From: Mobula birostris
Lineage: Eukaryota
Assembly: GCF_030028105.1 (NCBI RefSeq)
Contig: NC_092375.1
Span: 145,947,415 to 146,011,414 of the forward strand
DNA length: 64,000 nucleotides
Reading direction: 5' to 3'
Position numbers and translations under genes: made by a program. Of the stretch, positions 27,781 to 38,213 are shown one piece after another (positions within the stretch are counted from its first letter, which is position 1; every line of letters starts with the position of its first letter). The notes under the pieces are model-generated. The model saw nothing but the letters and a program-made list of their open reading frames with translations. It was not told the origin of the DNA and searched no databases.

Positions 27781-27842
27781 ATGGGGAAGGCAAGGGCTAC
27801 TCAGAAAATGAACTAAATGAGAATTCTTCATCAACACCTGAG
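27781..27842 (+). pseudogene. Gamma-crystallin 5' remnant: exon 1 (ATG GGG AAG, 27781-27789) and truncated intron 1; exons 2-3 deleted
   Basis: Promoter and exon 1 match the other copies. Intron 1 homology stops at ...AACACCTGAG (27842) and is fused to the middle of the R4-like spacer fossil. No exon 2 sequence follows. Confidence 0.88.
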
Positions 27843-28375
27843 AATTATAAAATGCCCACAATTGTTGAAGTAGTCACTGTGATATTACTTATAATTATTG
27901 ATATAAAATTTACTTACTTTCATTTGTAACTATTAAAAGATATCAACAATTTTCTAAAAATCCTGAAAAAGTGTCCAAATTATTGACAGAAGGTAAAACA
28001 AGTCTCTTACTTAAAGGAGAAAGCTAAAATGACCCTCAAAATGTTGTCCTAGCACTTGTTTACAAACTAGATATAAAATTGTAACATTTATCATCTTGTA
28101 ATTAATTGCTACTCACATAAATAATCACACAAGTATACCTACAGAAGAGCAGAAAGGATGCTGTAAGTGTATGAAAGGATGTAAATAACATCTGATAATA
28201 AATCCTGTAATTCTACTCAAGCACAGAGGAAAAGCAGAAGTCTTTCATGTTGTTATATTTGATTCTGTCCCACACTCATGGATAATAGAAGTTTTAATAT
28301 ATATAAACTACACCCAATACTTGTGAAATTCCTGCAACATCTGATGAAGCTTTGGTGTTCTATAATCACCCTATC

Positions 28376-28685
28376 CAGAACGAGGGGCCACAGTTTGAGG
28401 ATAGAGGGGAAGCCTTTTAGGACCGAGATTAGGAAAAACTTCTTCACACAGAGAGTGGTGAATCTGTGGAATTCTCTGCCACAGGAAACAGTTGAGGCCA
28501 GTTCATTGGCTATATTTAAGAGGGAGTTAGATATGGCCCTTGTGGCTACGGGGGTCAGGGGGTATGGAGGGAAGGCTGGGGCGGGGTTCTGAGTTGGATG
28601 ATCAGCCATGATAATAATAAATGGCGGTGCAGGCTCGAAGGGCCGAATGGCCTACTCCTGCACCTATTTTCTATATGTTTCTATC
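28376..28685 (+). mobile_element. 5'-truncated CR1 3' end
   Basis: Peptide RTRGHSLRIEG..FRTEIRKNFFTQRVVNLWNSLP and tail TTTCTATATGTTTCTAT. Confidence 0.85.
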
Positions 28686-29553
28686 TATTTACAATTGAAA
28701 AAGAACCGTTTTTATCAAAATAAATGGAGATATCTTTCAGGGCATTTTTCTAAGCCGTTTATGGTTTTATCTAGGTTTAAACGGGCTCTCTAATTTACTG
28801 AATTGGATGAAAATAGGGTAGCAAATCAGGAAAAAACAAGTTATGCTTTAACACAGCTCTAATACACGAATGATTTGAAATTATACGCTCCATCATTAGT
28901 AAAGCTAAAGAAATTAAGTCAAATAGTAGAACTATTTTCAAAAGATATAAAGAAGGACTTTGGACTGGATAAATGCAGAACATTAATCATAAAGAAAGGT
29001 GCAAACAGAGCTGGCAGAATGGAAAACAGAGCAGCAGGATACAGTACAACCGCTGGATGACTTTGAAACATGTAAGTATTACAGTGTGTTAAAGGGAAAC
29101 CTTCCGAAAGAATTTACTTCATGGCTGAAGAACCTCTGCTAAGCAGAGCTCAACAGTAAAAAATACAACAAAGGCAATAAACACTTTTACTATGTCAATT
29201 TTAACATATTCTTTTGGCATAATATCTCGATCCAAAACCCATTTGGAAAATTTACAAAGAAAAATAGGCACTGAAATGACAAATTTTGGAAAACACTGTG
29301 TACACTCGAACACACTTGTGGGACAGAATGAGGAAGAGGAATAACAGACATAAAACAGTCACAACAGTCAAATAAAACTTCGGAGGATATACTTTCATCA
29401 ACAGAAACAGGATGCAGCACTCCACGTGAGCACATGCAATTCTGTTAAGATGTGTACCACTAAAATTAAGTGAAAGCACAACCCAGATAGAGGAAAAATT
29501 ATCACTGCAGAAGAAAATGTTAACTAGTGGAAAAATACGGCCCTCCATGGAAG

Positions 29554-31882
29554 AAACCATAGAAACCATACCATAGAAACTACAGCACAGAAACAGGCCT
29601 TTTGGCCCTTCTTGGCTCTGCCGAACCATTTTCTGCCTAGTCCCACTGACCTGCACACGGACCATATCCCTCCATACACCTCCCATCCATGTATCTGTCC
29701 CATTTATTCTTAAATGATAAAAAAGAACCTGCATTTACCACCTCGTCTGGCAGCTCATTCCATACTCCCACCACTCTGTGTGAAGAAACCCCCCCTAATG
29801 TTCCCTTTAAACTTTTCCCCCCTCACCCTTAACCCATGTCCTCTGGTTTTTTTCTCCCCTTGCCTGAGTGGAAAAAGCCTGCTTGCATTCACTCTATCTA
29901 TACCCATCATAATTTTATATACCTCTATCAAATCTCCCCTCATTCTTCTACGCTCCAGGGAATAAAGTCCCAACCTATTCAACCTTTCTCTGTAACTGAG
30001 TTTCTCAAGTCCCGGCAACATCCTTCTAAACCTTCTCTGCACTCTTTCAAACTTATTTATATCCTTCCTGTAATTTGGTGACCAAAACTGAACACAATAC
30101 TCCAGATTTGGCCTCACTAATGCCTTATACAGCCTCATTATAACATTTCAGCTCTTATACTCAATACTTTGATTAATAAAGGCCAATGTACCAAAAGCTC
30201 TCTTTACGACCCTATCTACCTGTGACGCCACTTTTAGGGAATTTTGTATCTGTATTCCCAGATATTCTGTTCCACTGCACTCCTCAGTGCCTTACCGTTA
30301 ACCCTGTATGTTCTACCTTGGTTTGTCCTTCCAACATGCAATACCTCACACTTGTCAGTATTAAACTCCATCTGCCATTTTTTAGCCCATTTTTCCAGCT
30401 GGTCCAAGTCCCTCTGCAGGCTCTGAAAACCTTCCTCATTGTCTACTACACCTCCAATCTTCGTATCATCAGCAAACTTGCTGATCCAATTTACCACATT
30501 ATCATCCAGATCATTGATATAGATGACAAATAGCAATGGACCCAGCACTGATCCCTGTGGCACACCACTAGTCACAGGCCTCCACTCGGAGAAGCAATTC
30601 TCTACCACCACTCTCTGGCTTCTTCCATTGAGCCAATGTCTAATCCAATTTACCACCTCTCCATGTATACCTAGCGATTGAATTTTCCTAACTAACCTCC
30701 CATGAGGGACCTTGTCAAAGGCCTTACTGAAGTCCATATAGACAATATCCACTGCCTTCCCTTCATCCACTTTCCTGGTAATCTCCTCGAAAAACTCCAA
30801 TAGATTGGTCAAACATGACCTACCACGCACAAAGCCATGTTGACTCTCCCTAATAAGTCCCAGTCTATCCAAATGCTTGTAAATTCTGTCTCTTAGTACT
30901 CCCTCCAATAACTTACCTACTACCGATGATAAACTTACTGGCCTATAATTTCCCGGATTACTTTTCGATCCTTTTTTAAACAACGGAACAACATGAGCCA
31001 CTCTCCAATCCTCCGGCACCTCACCTGTAGACAGCGACATTTTAAATATTTCAGCCAGGGTCCCTGCAATTTCAACACTAGTCTCCTTCAAGGTCCGAGG
31101 GAACACCCTGTCAGGTCCCGGGGATTTATCCACTTTAATTTTCCTCAAGACAGCAAGGACCTCCTCCTTTTCGATCTGTACAGTTTCCATGATCTCACTA
31201 CTTGTTTCCCTTAATTCCATAGACTTCATGCCAGTTTCCTTAGTAAACACAGACGCAAAAAACCTATTTAAGATCTCCCCCATTTCCTTTGGTTCCGCAC
31301 ATAGCCGATCACTCTGATCTTCAAGAGGACCAATTTTATCCCTTACAATCCTTTTGCTCTTAATATACCTGTAAAAGCTCTTTGGATTATCCTTCACTTT
31401 GACTGCCAAGGTAACCTCATGTCTTCTTTTAGCCCTCCTGATTTCTTTCTTAAGTATTTTCTTGCACTTCTTATACTCCTCAAGCACCTTATTTACTCCC
31501 TGCTTCCTATACACGTCATACAACTCCCTCTTCTTCTTTATCAGAGTTGCAATATCCCTTGAGAACCAAGGTTCCTTATTCCTATTCACTTTGCCTTTAA
31601 TCCTGACAGGAACATACAAATTCTGCACTCTCAAAATTTCTCCTTTGAAGGCTTCCCACCTACCAATCACATCCTTGCCAGAGAACAACCTGTCCCAATC
31701 CACACTTTTTAGATCTTTTCTCATTTCTTCAAATTTGGCCTTCTTCCAGTTAAGAACCCTAGGACCAGATCTATCCTTGTCCATGTACCTTTCCAATATA
31801 TTTTTCAGTAAGTAAAATAACAAAATGCTTGGCGCCCCCTTCTCAGTCTGTCAACCCTAGGACCAGATCTATCCTTGTCCAT
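29554..31882 (-). mobile_element. Young 5'-truncated CR1 (529-aa open RT frame 30234-31823, continued in 29755-30138)
   Basis: Motifs KSPGPD, NYRPVSL, DFSKAFDKVPH, GVPQGSVLGP and KFADD, with a (TTCTATGG)-type tail at 29554-29580. A frameshift near 30260 breaks the ORF. Confidence 0.95.
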
Positions 31883-32296
31883 CTGCATGATCTGAGGAGT
31901 TCCTTGAGGCATACACACAAGAAATTATCAAAATATATAATAAAAGACCAATAAATCAAGACCATTAATGCAGAAAATGCCAAGAGAAAACAGAAACAAA
32001 CTTAAAAGACACCACACCTTACTTCAAGCCTGATCCAGTTTTAGAGCCAGATTTGTACAAACTACATTATGACAAGATTAAGTCTATCCATCCGTATATA
32101 ATATTACAGGATAAATACTGAGCGATAGTCAATGAACAGCATCCTGACATCAGTATTTGTGTTGCCCAGGTGTTCTAAAGCTGAGCAATTGTGATTGCAT
32201 CTGCCGTAGACCTATAGTGGCGATTGGCAAGTTCCAGTGGGTCCAGATCCGTGTTGAGTTGAATCATTCACCTCTCAACACACTTCATCATTGTGG

Positions 32297-32972
32297 ACGA
32301 CCCAGTGGGACAAGTGATCCCATTTGTTAAGGTTGGTAAGCGTGCAGATTGCATCTGCCCAAGAGTTCCTTCAGGACTCCCCTCCACAGGCAAGCAGTGG
32401 AACATGAAGGCAGATCTCGGCAGACAGCTACCGTTCCCCATGGAAATCACCACCACATCTCACCATCTAGACTTAACACTGTGGTCCAGGGCTGCCAAGG
32501 CAGTTAGCCGTCCCATGGGAGGAAGGAGTGAAGGCTGCCCACGAACAGAAAAGGCTGAAATATTCTGACCTGGCAGCTGAATGTAAGGATCTACCCTGTG
32601 GAGGTGGGACGCTAGGGCTTCATTGGCATATCGACGACAAGGTTACTGGTAATACGGCAGTGACTGGAGTGAGGTTCAGAAGGGCCATCAGAGCGTTGGC
32701 TGAAGAGCCAGAAAAGGGCAGCTTTTGGCTGTGCCTGAGCAGGAAGGACGAAACTGGGGGACCGACTAACCCCATTGGAAGCTGCAGGGGGTGAGTAGGG
32801 AGACGTCCCTGCCACTGCTCCGCCACCAGGAGAGGTACCAGGGCTAAGAGAGCGAGACATCAATGAGTGGTGGTCCCCGGCTGATGACCCTGCAGCTGAC
32901 CTAAGGGCAAAGTTGGATGTGGGGCAGGCAGCCATGCCAAGCAGGAAACAACATATTCCTGTAAATCTCATT
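32297..32972 (+). mobile_element. HERO-like (R2-group) non-LTR element 3' fragment inserted in a Rex1 fossil
   Basis: Endonuclease-region peptides ADLGRQLPFPMEITTT, AHEQKRLKYSDLAAEC and AEEPEKGSFWL, followed by a 3' UTR. Confidence 0.75.
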
Positions 32973-35900
32973 GAAACTTCTGGGTATCTAGCGTCTACCA
33001 TGAGAAGGCAGGAAGAGTCCAGGGAGGACTGGAGGATGTCCAGGAAAGTGATGACTGTAGGAGTGGACAGTTAGTTACCCAACCCACTAGTTTCTTGTAG
33101 TGGAGACATCAATCAAATGACTATGAAGCCAGATAAGAGAAGAGAATCCGAAGGCTGTCTGAGAGGCATAATGAAAGATGGGTCGAAAAGGATCGATTAC
33201 ACCACAACAGCCAGAACGAATATAGACAATGAGATAAGGATCCTTTGGAAGTGCACATGTGGATGGGCAAATGTATCGACACATAAAAGGACTACAAATC
33301 CATCGGGGGAGAATGAAGTGCAGCAAGAAAGGCCAACAGCAACCTTGCACTGCTGGACAGATCAGACAAGAGGAACTCAAAGTCATGTAGAAAACAACCA
33401 GCTGAAGGATCCAACATTGCTGGAGGTGATTTGTTGGTAGGGGAAAAAGGCCTAGTAATGAAGGTAACCCCCCTGTGTGTAGGCACACAAACAGAACTGA
33501 CACCCACCCACCTGCGGAGCCACGCTGCAAAGCTGAGGGAAGAACCCAGGAAGAGTTACAAGATCAATAGGCAAGTGGCAGAGGCTGGACATGGATCTCA
33601 GTGCGATCCTAGAGCATGCGCTACTCAGCGAGTGGAAGATACGCTTAACTCATTTAGAGACTTCCTCTATGAGGCATGTAAGGCTAGTCTTGGTGAAGTT
33701 GACGCGTCAAGCAATTCACTGCTCCAAGAGAAAAGGGAAGAAGAGAGAAGGACATAGAGCAGCCCGTACAAAGGCAGCACCAGCTGCGAAGAACTGGAAG
33801 AAAGCAACACAGGAGGAGAAAGTGGGTTTGAAGCTATTGTGGAATGGAGCTGTCCAGGCTGTGAAGGGCAGAGCACATTTAGAAGGATTAAGAAGGAGAG
33901 AGAGAGAGAGAGAGAGAGAGTGAGAGAGAGAAAGAGAGACAGTGAGGGAGAGTGTGAGAAAGAGAGAGAGAAAGTGTGAGAGAGAGAGAGAGAGTGTGAG
34001 TGAGTGAGAGAGAGACAGAGAGAGATAGATTCTTCAAGAATCCCTTCAAGTACACCCAACAGCAGATGGAGGATAAAAACAGCAGGAAGCTGAAAGCCAC
34101 CAGAGAGGAGCTGGTGCAGTACATCATGGGCCAGTACAGTGATCCAGCAAGGAAAACCTCCCTTGGATTACTGTCTAGTTTGACCCCTCCACCAAGCTAA
34201 GTGAAGTCAGAGAAGTCATCAAAAAGGTCAGTGTTAGCACCAGGTCTAAATGGAATTCCTTACAGGCACTACATAAACTGCCCTTGTGTGCTGAAGATCA
34301 TGTGGAACCAAATGAGAACCTCTGGAAAACCAGCGCATCCCATCAGAGGGGCAAAGAACTGTGGTGGTGTTCATCCCCAAAGAGCAGAACTCCAGTTCCA
34401 ACAACCAGTTCAGGACCATTGCACTACTGAACGTCAAGGGAAAAATCTTCTTGGTTGTGGCTAAGAGGATGGCCAGCTACCTCATGGGCAATGGATACAT
34501 TGACACCAGCTGCCAGAAGGCAGGAGTTCCAGGCTTCCCAGGATGTGTGGAGCATCCATCATTGAAATGGAACCAGATCCAATGAGCTAAGAGTGAGAAA
34601 GTTGACTGACACGTTGAGTGGCTGGATTTTGGGAATGCCTATGGATCTGTGACTCACCAGCTCATGAACTTTATGATGGAGTTCTTTTACATTTCTGATT
34701 ATATTAGAGGCATGGTTTACGATTACTTCAGTGACCTCCAGATGGGCTTTTCTTAAGATTTTACAACGGAGTTGTAGCATCTCGAAGTAGGCATTGCAAT
34801 GGGGTGTCCCATCTCTCCCATCCTGTTTGTGGCAGCCTTCAAGATTGTCCTTATTGGAGCAAGGCAGGTGGTTGGAGGGATAAAGCTACAGTCAAGACAG
34901 AGATTTCCATTGAGAAGTGATGTCACAAACATTCTCCAGGCAGCTGCATACACAAGAAGACTGCTGAAGAGGTTGAACAAATATCATGGGCAAGTCACTA
35001 AGCCCACCCCTCTGAACAGGTGTCAAAGGTGACAAAATCACCTTCGTTTAGGGGGCGAGAAAGTCCCATTGTTGGCCAGGAGTCCCATCCAAAGCCTTGG
35101 AGGCAGTACACCACAGAGCTCTCTGACAGGCAGATGGGAAAAGTAGCACAGAAACAGCTCATAGAGGGCCTGGTCAGAATCGACCAGAGTCAACTACCCG
35201 GAAAGTATAAAGTTCACATTGTACCAAAGGGTGATGTGGTCTCCTGAAAACGTGTAATATTCCCTAACCAACTGCCAGTAGGATGGATGGGATAGTCAGT
35301 TTGTACATCCAGAAATGGCTGGGGCTGCCTTGGTGTTTCTCGACACTGACCTCTTTGGGAAGAATATGTTGCAGCTACCATTGAGATCCACCAGCCTGGG
35401 GTACAAGCAGGAGAAAACCCTACTGGTCATTGAGTTGAAGAGTCCACTGACCCACTGGTGAGGAATGCCAATGCCCCAATCCATACTGGCAGTAAATGGA
35501 GAGCTCAAGCTGAAGTAGACCAGGCTATCAGCAGGTTGCAACACCAAGAAATTGTCGGAAGAGTCCAGGCTGGACAAGCAGGACTTGGCTGGGGGAAGGC
35601 AGAACATTTGTGGTCCAAGGTCTTGAAGAAAGAGAGGAAAGCCATGGTAATGGAGGAGGTGATAAAGACAGAGCAGGAGCGTTACGGGGTGAAGGCAGTG
35701 GCACAGGGCCGCCAGGAAAGCTAGACAACATGGGAGGCACCTTCAACAGGTCATTCAGCTGGCCTGACCTGCGGAAGATCCCACAAGCCAGACTCAGCTT
35801 CCTCATCAGGGTAACCTATGCCACCTTGCCCTGCTCCTGAAATCTTCACCAGAGGTTCTGCAGTGAGGGTAGCTGCCCTCTGTGTAATACCACCAACGCC

Positions 35901-36402
35901 AACCTCCAACACATCCTGGCAGGATACAAGTCAGTGCTGTCCCAAGGACACTACTGATGGCAGCACAACCAGGTCCTAAAGAAGCTGGTGGAGATCCTAG
36001 AATCCTGCAGGAAGGATGTGAGAAGCAGCCTTTCCCCAGCGGGCCAACAACTTGTCTGATTTGTTATTATTGGTAAGAGTGTTGAATGCATCTGCCCAAG
36101 ATCTCGTTCAGGACTCCTCTCTACAAGGCAGATCTCGACAGAGAGCTATGGTTTCCCATGGAAATCACCACCAAATCTCTCCACTCAGATATAGTCCTGT
36201 GGTTCACATCCACCAAGATAGTCCTCCTCATTGAGTTAGCCATCCCATGGGAGGAAGGAGTGAAGGCTGCCTAAGAGCGGAAGAGGCTGAAGTACTCAGA
36301 CCAGGCAGCTGAGTGTAAGGAATCTGGCTGGAGGACCATCATCTACCCTGTGGAGGTAGGAGGCAGCAATGTCAAGCAGGAAACAACATACTAAATTTCA
36401 TT
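32973..36402 (+). mobile_element. Near full-length HERO-like non-LTR retrotransposon, degenerate
   Basis: N-terminal CTCG..H zinc finger; RT motifs RTIALLNVKGKIF, QKAGVPGFPGCVEH, WLDFGNAYGSV and MGCPISPILF; CPLC...QHIL knuckle; and IELAIPWEEG endonuclease. Confidence 0.8.
33896..34025 (+). repeat. Imperfect (GA)n microsatellite inside the HERO ORF
   Basis: About 130 bp of GA/GT dinucleotide runs. Confidence 0.95.
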
Positions 36403-36990
36403 ATGTGCAACTGGACGATAGTCATTGAGGCAGGTTAACATGTTCTTCTACCAGTATAATTGAAGCCTGCTTGCAGAAGGTTGGTACCTCAGCCTGCTGC
36501 AGCGAGGGGTTAAAGATCTCAATGAATACTCCAGCCAGTTGATCTTCACAGGTACTCAGCTGGGAACCCCAACTGGTGCTGATGATTTCCATGGGTTCAC
36601 CCTCCTGACAGATGCTCTCATGTTGGCCTCAGAGACTAAAATCACAGGGACATCATGAGTTGTGGGAGTTCGTGATGATTACTCTATGCTTTGATGGTCA
36701 ACGTGAGCATAGAGGACATTGAGCTCACTTGAAAGCGAAGTCTTGTTGCCATCACTGTCGCTTGATTTCAGTTTGTAGGAAGTGTTAGCATTCAATCCCT
36801 GCCACAGCTGATGAGCATCCTTCATTGGTTCAATTTTAGTTCAGAATTGCCACTTTGCTCCTGAGATGTCACTCCAAGATAGTACCCGGACCTCTTGCAA
36901 CTTTCTCGGTCACCAGACTCGAATGCCTCTGATCTGGTCCTCAGCAAATCGCAGATCTCATGGTTCAGCCAGGGCTTTTGGTTGGGGAAG
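36403..36990 (-). mobile_element. Rex1/Babar fragment (other half at ~32118-32296)
   Basis: Colinear with Rex1 pieces at 1630-1960 and 42100-42580. Confidence 0.7.
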
Positions 36991-37106
36991 ACACTTTATG
37001 ATTTTGTGGGACACATTCGTTGAGGACTGTTTTTATAAACCATCAGCTTATCAGAGGCAATTACTGATTGATTAGTCTTTCTTACATCAGAAAAATGAAT
37101 TAAAAG

Positions 37107-37232
37107 GAAGTGTCCTGGCCCAAAACATTGACTGTACTCTTTTCCATAGATGCTGTCTGGTTTGCTGAGTTCCCCCAGCATTTTGTGTGTGTTGCTTGGA
37201 TTTCCAGCATCTGCAGATTTTCTTGTGTTTTG
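37107..37232 (+). mobile_element. Penelope-like terminal-repeat fragment at a deletion junction
   Basis: GAAGTGTCCTGGCCCAAAAC...AGATGCTG..TG..TGCTGAGTT..CCAGCATT...CCAGCATCTGCAG resembles the abundant chondrichthyan Penelope-type repeat as I recall it. Not database-verified. Confidence 0.6.
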
Positions 37233-37952
37233 TTATCAGGATTCTGCCTGGGTTAGAAGGCATCTGCTATAACGAGAAGTCGGACACACTTGAGTTGTCA
37301 TCTCTGGAGGTTGAGGGGTGAACTGAAAGAGATTTATAAGTTTATGACAAGCAGACATAGAGTATACAGAAAACATCTATTTCCACAGTTAAAATATCTA
37401 ATACCAAAGAACGTGCATTTAAGGAGAGAAGGTGTAAGTTCAAAGGGGATGTGTGGGGCGAATTTTTTAAACAGAGAGTGGTGGGTGCTGGAATGCACAG
37501 CCCAGGTTGGTATCAGAAGCAGATACATTAAGGACTGCTAAGAGATGTTTAGATAGGTACATGAATGTGAGGAAAGTGGAAGGATATGGACACTGTTTAA
37601 GCAGAAGTGATTAGTTTAGTTGGCCATTTACTTTAAATAGCCATCTAAATTTAAATGTACTAATCTATTTGGTTCTACACAGCACTGTGGCAAAAGAGCC
37701 TGTTCCTGTGCTCTTATACCCGATGTTCTAAATGTAGAATTTCTTGTATTTTCCTTTAACTCCAATTTGAACCAGCAGCAATGCCAGCTGGAGGCATCAT
37801 CGAGACAGATAATGTGAAATGATCAAATTGCATCTGATTTTATTTCCCATTGAAGTCAATGTCCAGCTTCTGAATTAGCATTGAGATGTAGTGAATAATG
37901 AGCAAATAATCTACTGAGCATCATGACTAAAACTCTGTGTTTCCTATTCCAG

Positions 37953-38213
37953 TACCGAGGTGGAAACAACAGTATGAGGATTTACGAGAGGCCTAACTTT
38001 GCAGGACAGATGATGGAATTCATGGACAACTGTCCCTCTGTCTACGATTGTTTTCCGTTACCGCGACATCCACTCTTGTTAGGAGATGGATGGTTTCTGG
38101 ATCTTCTATGAACATCCCAACTACGGAGGCCGACAGTACTTCTTGAGACCTGGGGATTACAGGAGATACAGTGACTGGGGCGACTACAGTTCAGGCATAT
38201 GAGAGACTTCTAA
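37953..38213 (+). pseudogene. Gamma-crystallin orphan exon 3, decayed
   Basis: Acceptor TTCCAG|TACCGAGGT is present. Lesions are a +1 T at 38051-38054, a TAG at 38080-38082 and a net 16-nt deletion near 38189 (261 nt versus 276). Only the 3' part of intron 2 precedes it. AATAAA is at 38264. Confidence 0.9.

Larger units (their letters stand above)
27843..32115 (+). mobile_element. R4/Dong-clade remnant split by two CR1 insertions (pieces ~27843-28375, 28686-29553, 31883-32115)
   Basis: Colinear with the other spacer copies, for example EEQKGC and FGLDKCRTL. Confidence 0.7.

Noticed and set aside
30234-31823. 529-aa ORF as a functional or domesticated gene
   Set aside because: It is a 5'-truncated CR1 ORF2 lacking the endonuclease, with a filler-derived start and a frameshifted C-terminus.
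33667-34127. Ser/Leu-rich ORFs
   Set aside because: They are translations of the (GA)n microsatellite.
37100-37135. Active hammerhead ribozyme in the Penelope-like fragment
   Set aside because: The CTGATGA core is cut off at the junction and CGAAAC reads CAAAAC.
27781-38213. One gene with a 10-kb intron joining the orphan exon 1 to the orphan exon 3
   Set aside because: A full inter-gene spacer lies between them, exon 2 is absent and exon 3 is frameshifted. They are remnants of two units.
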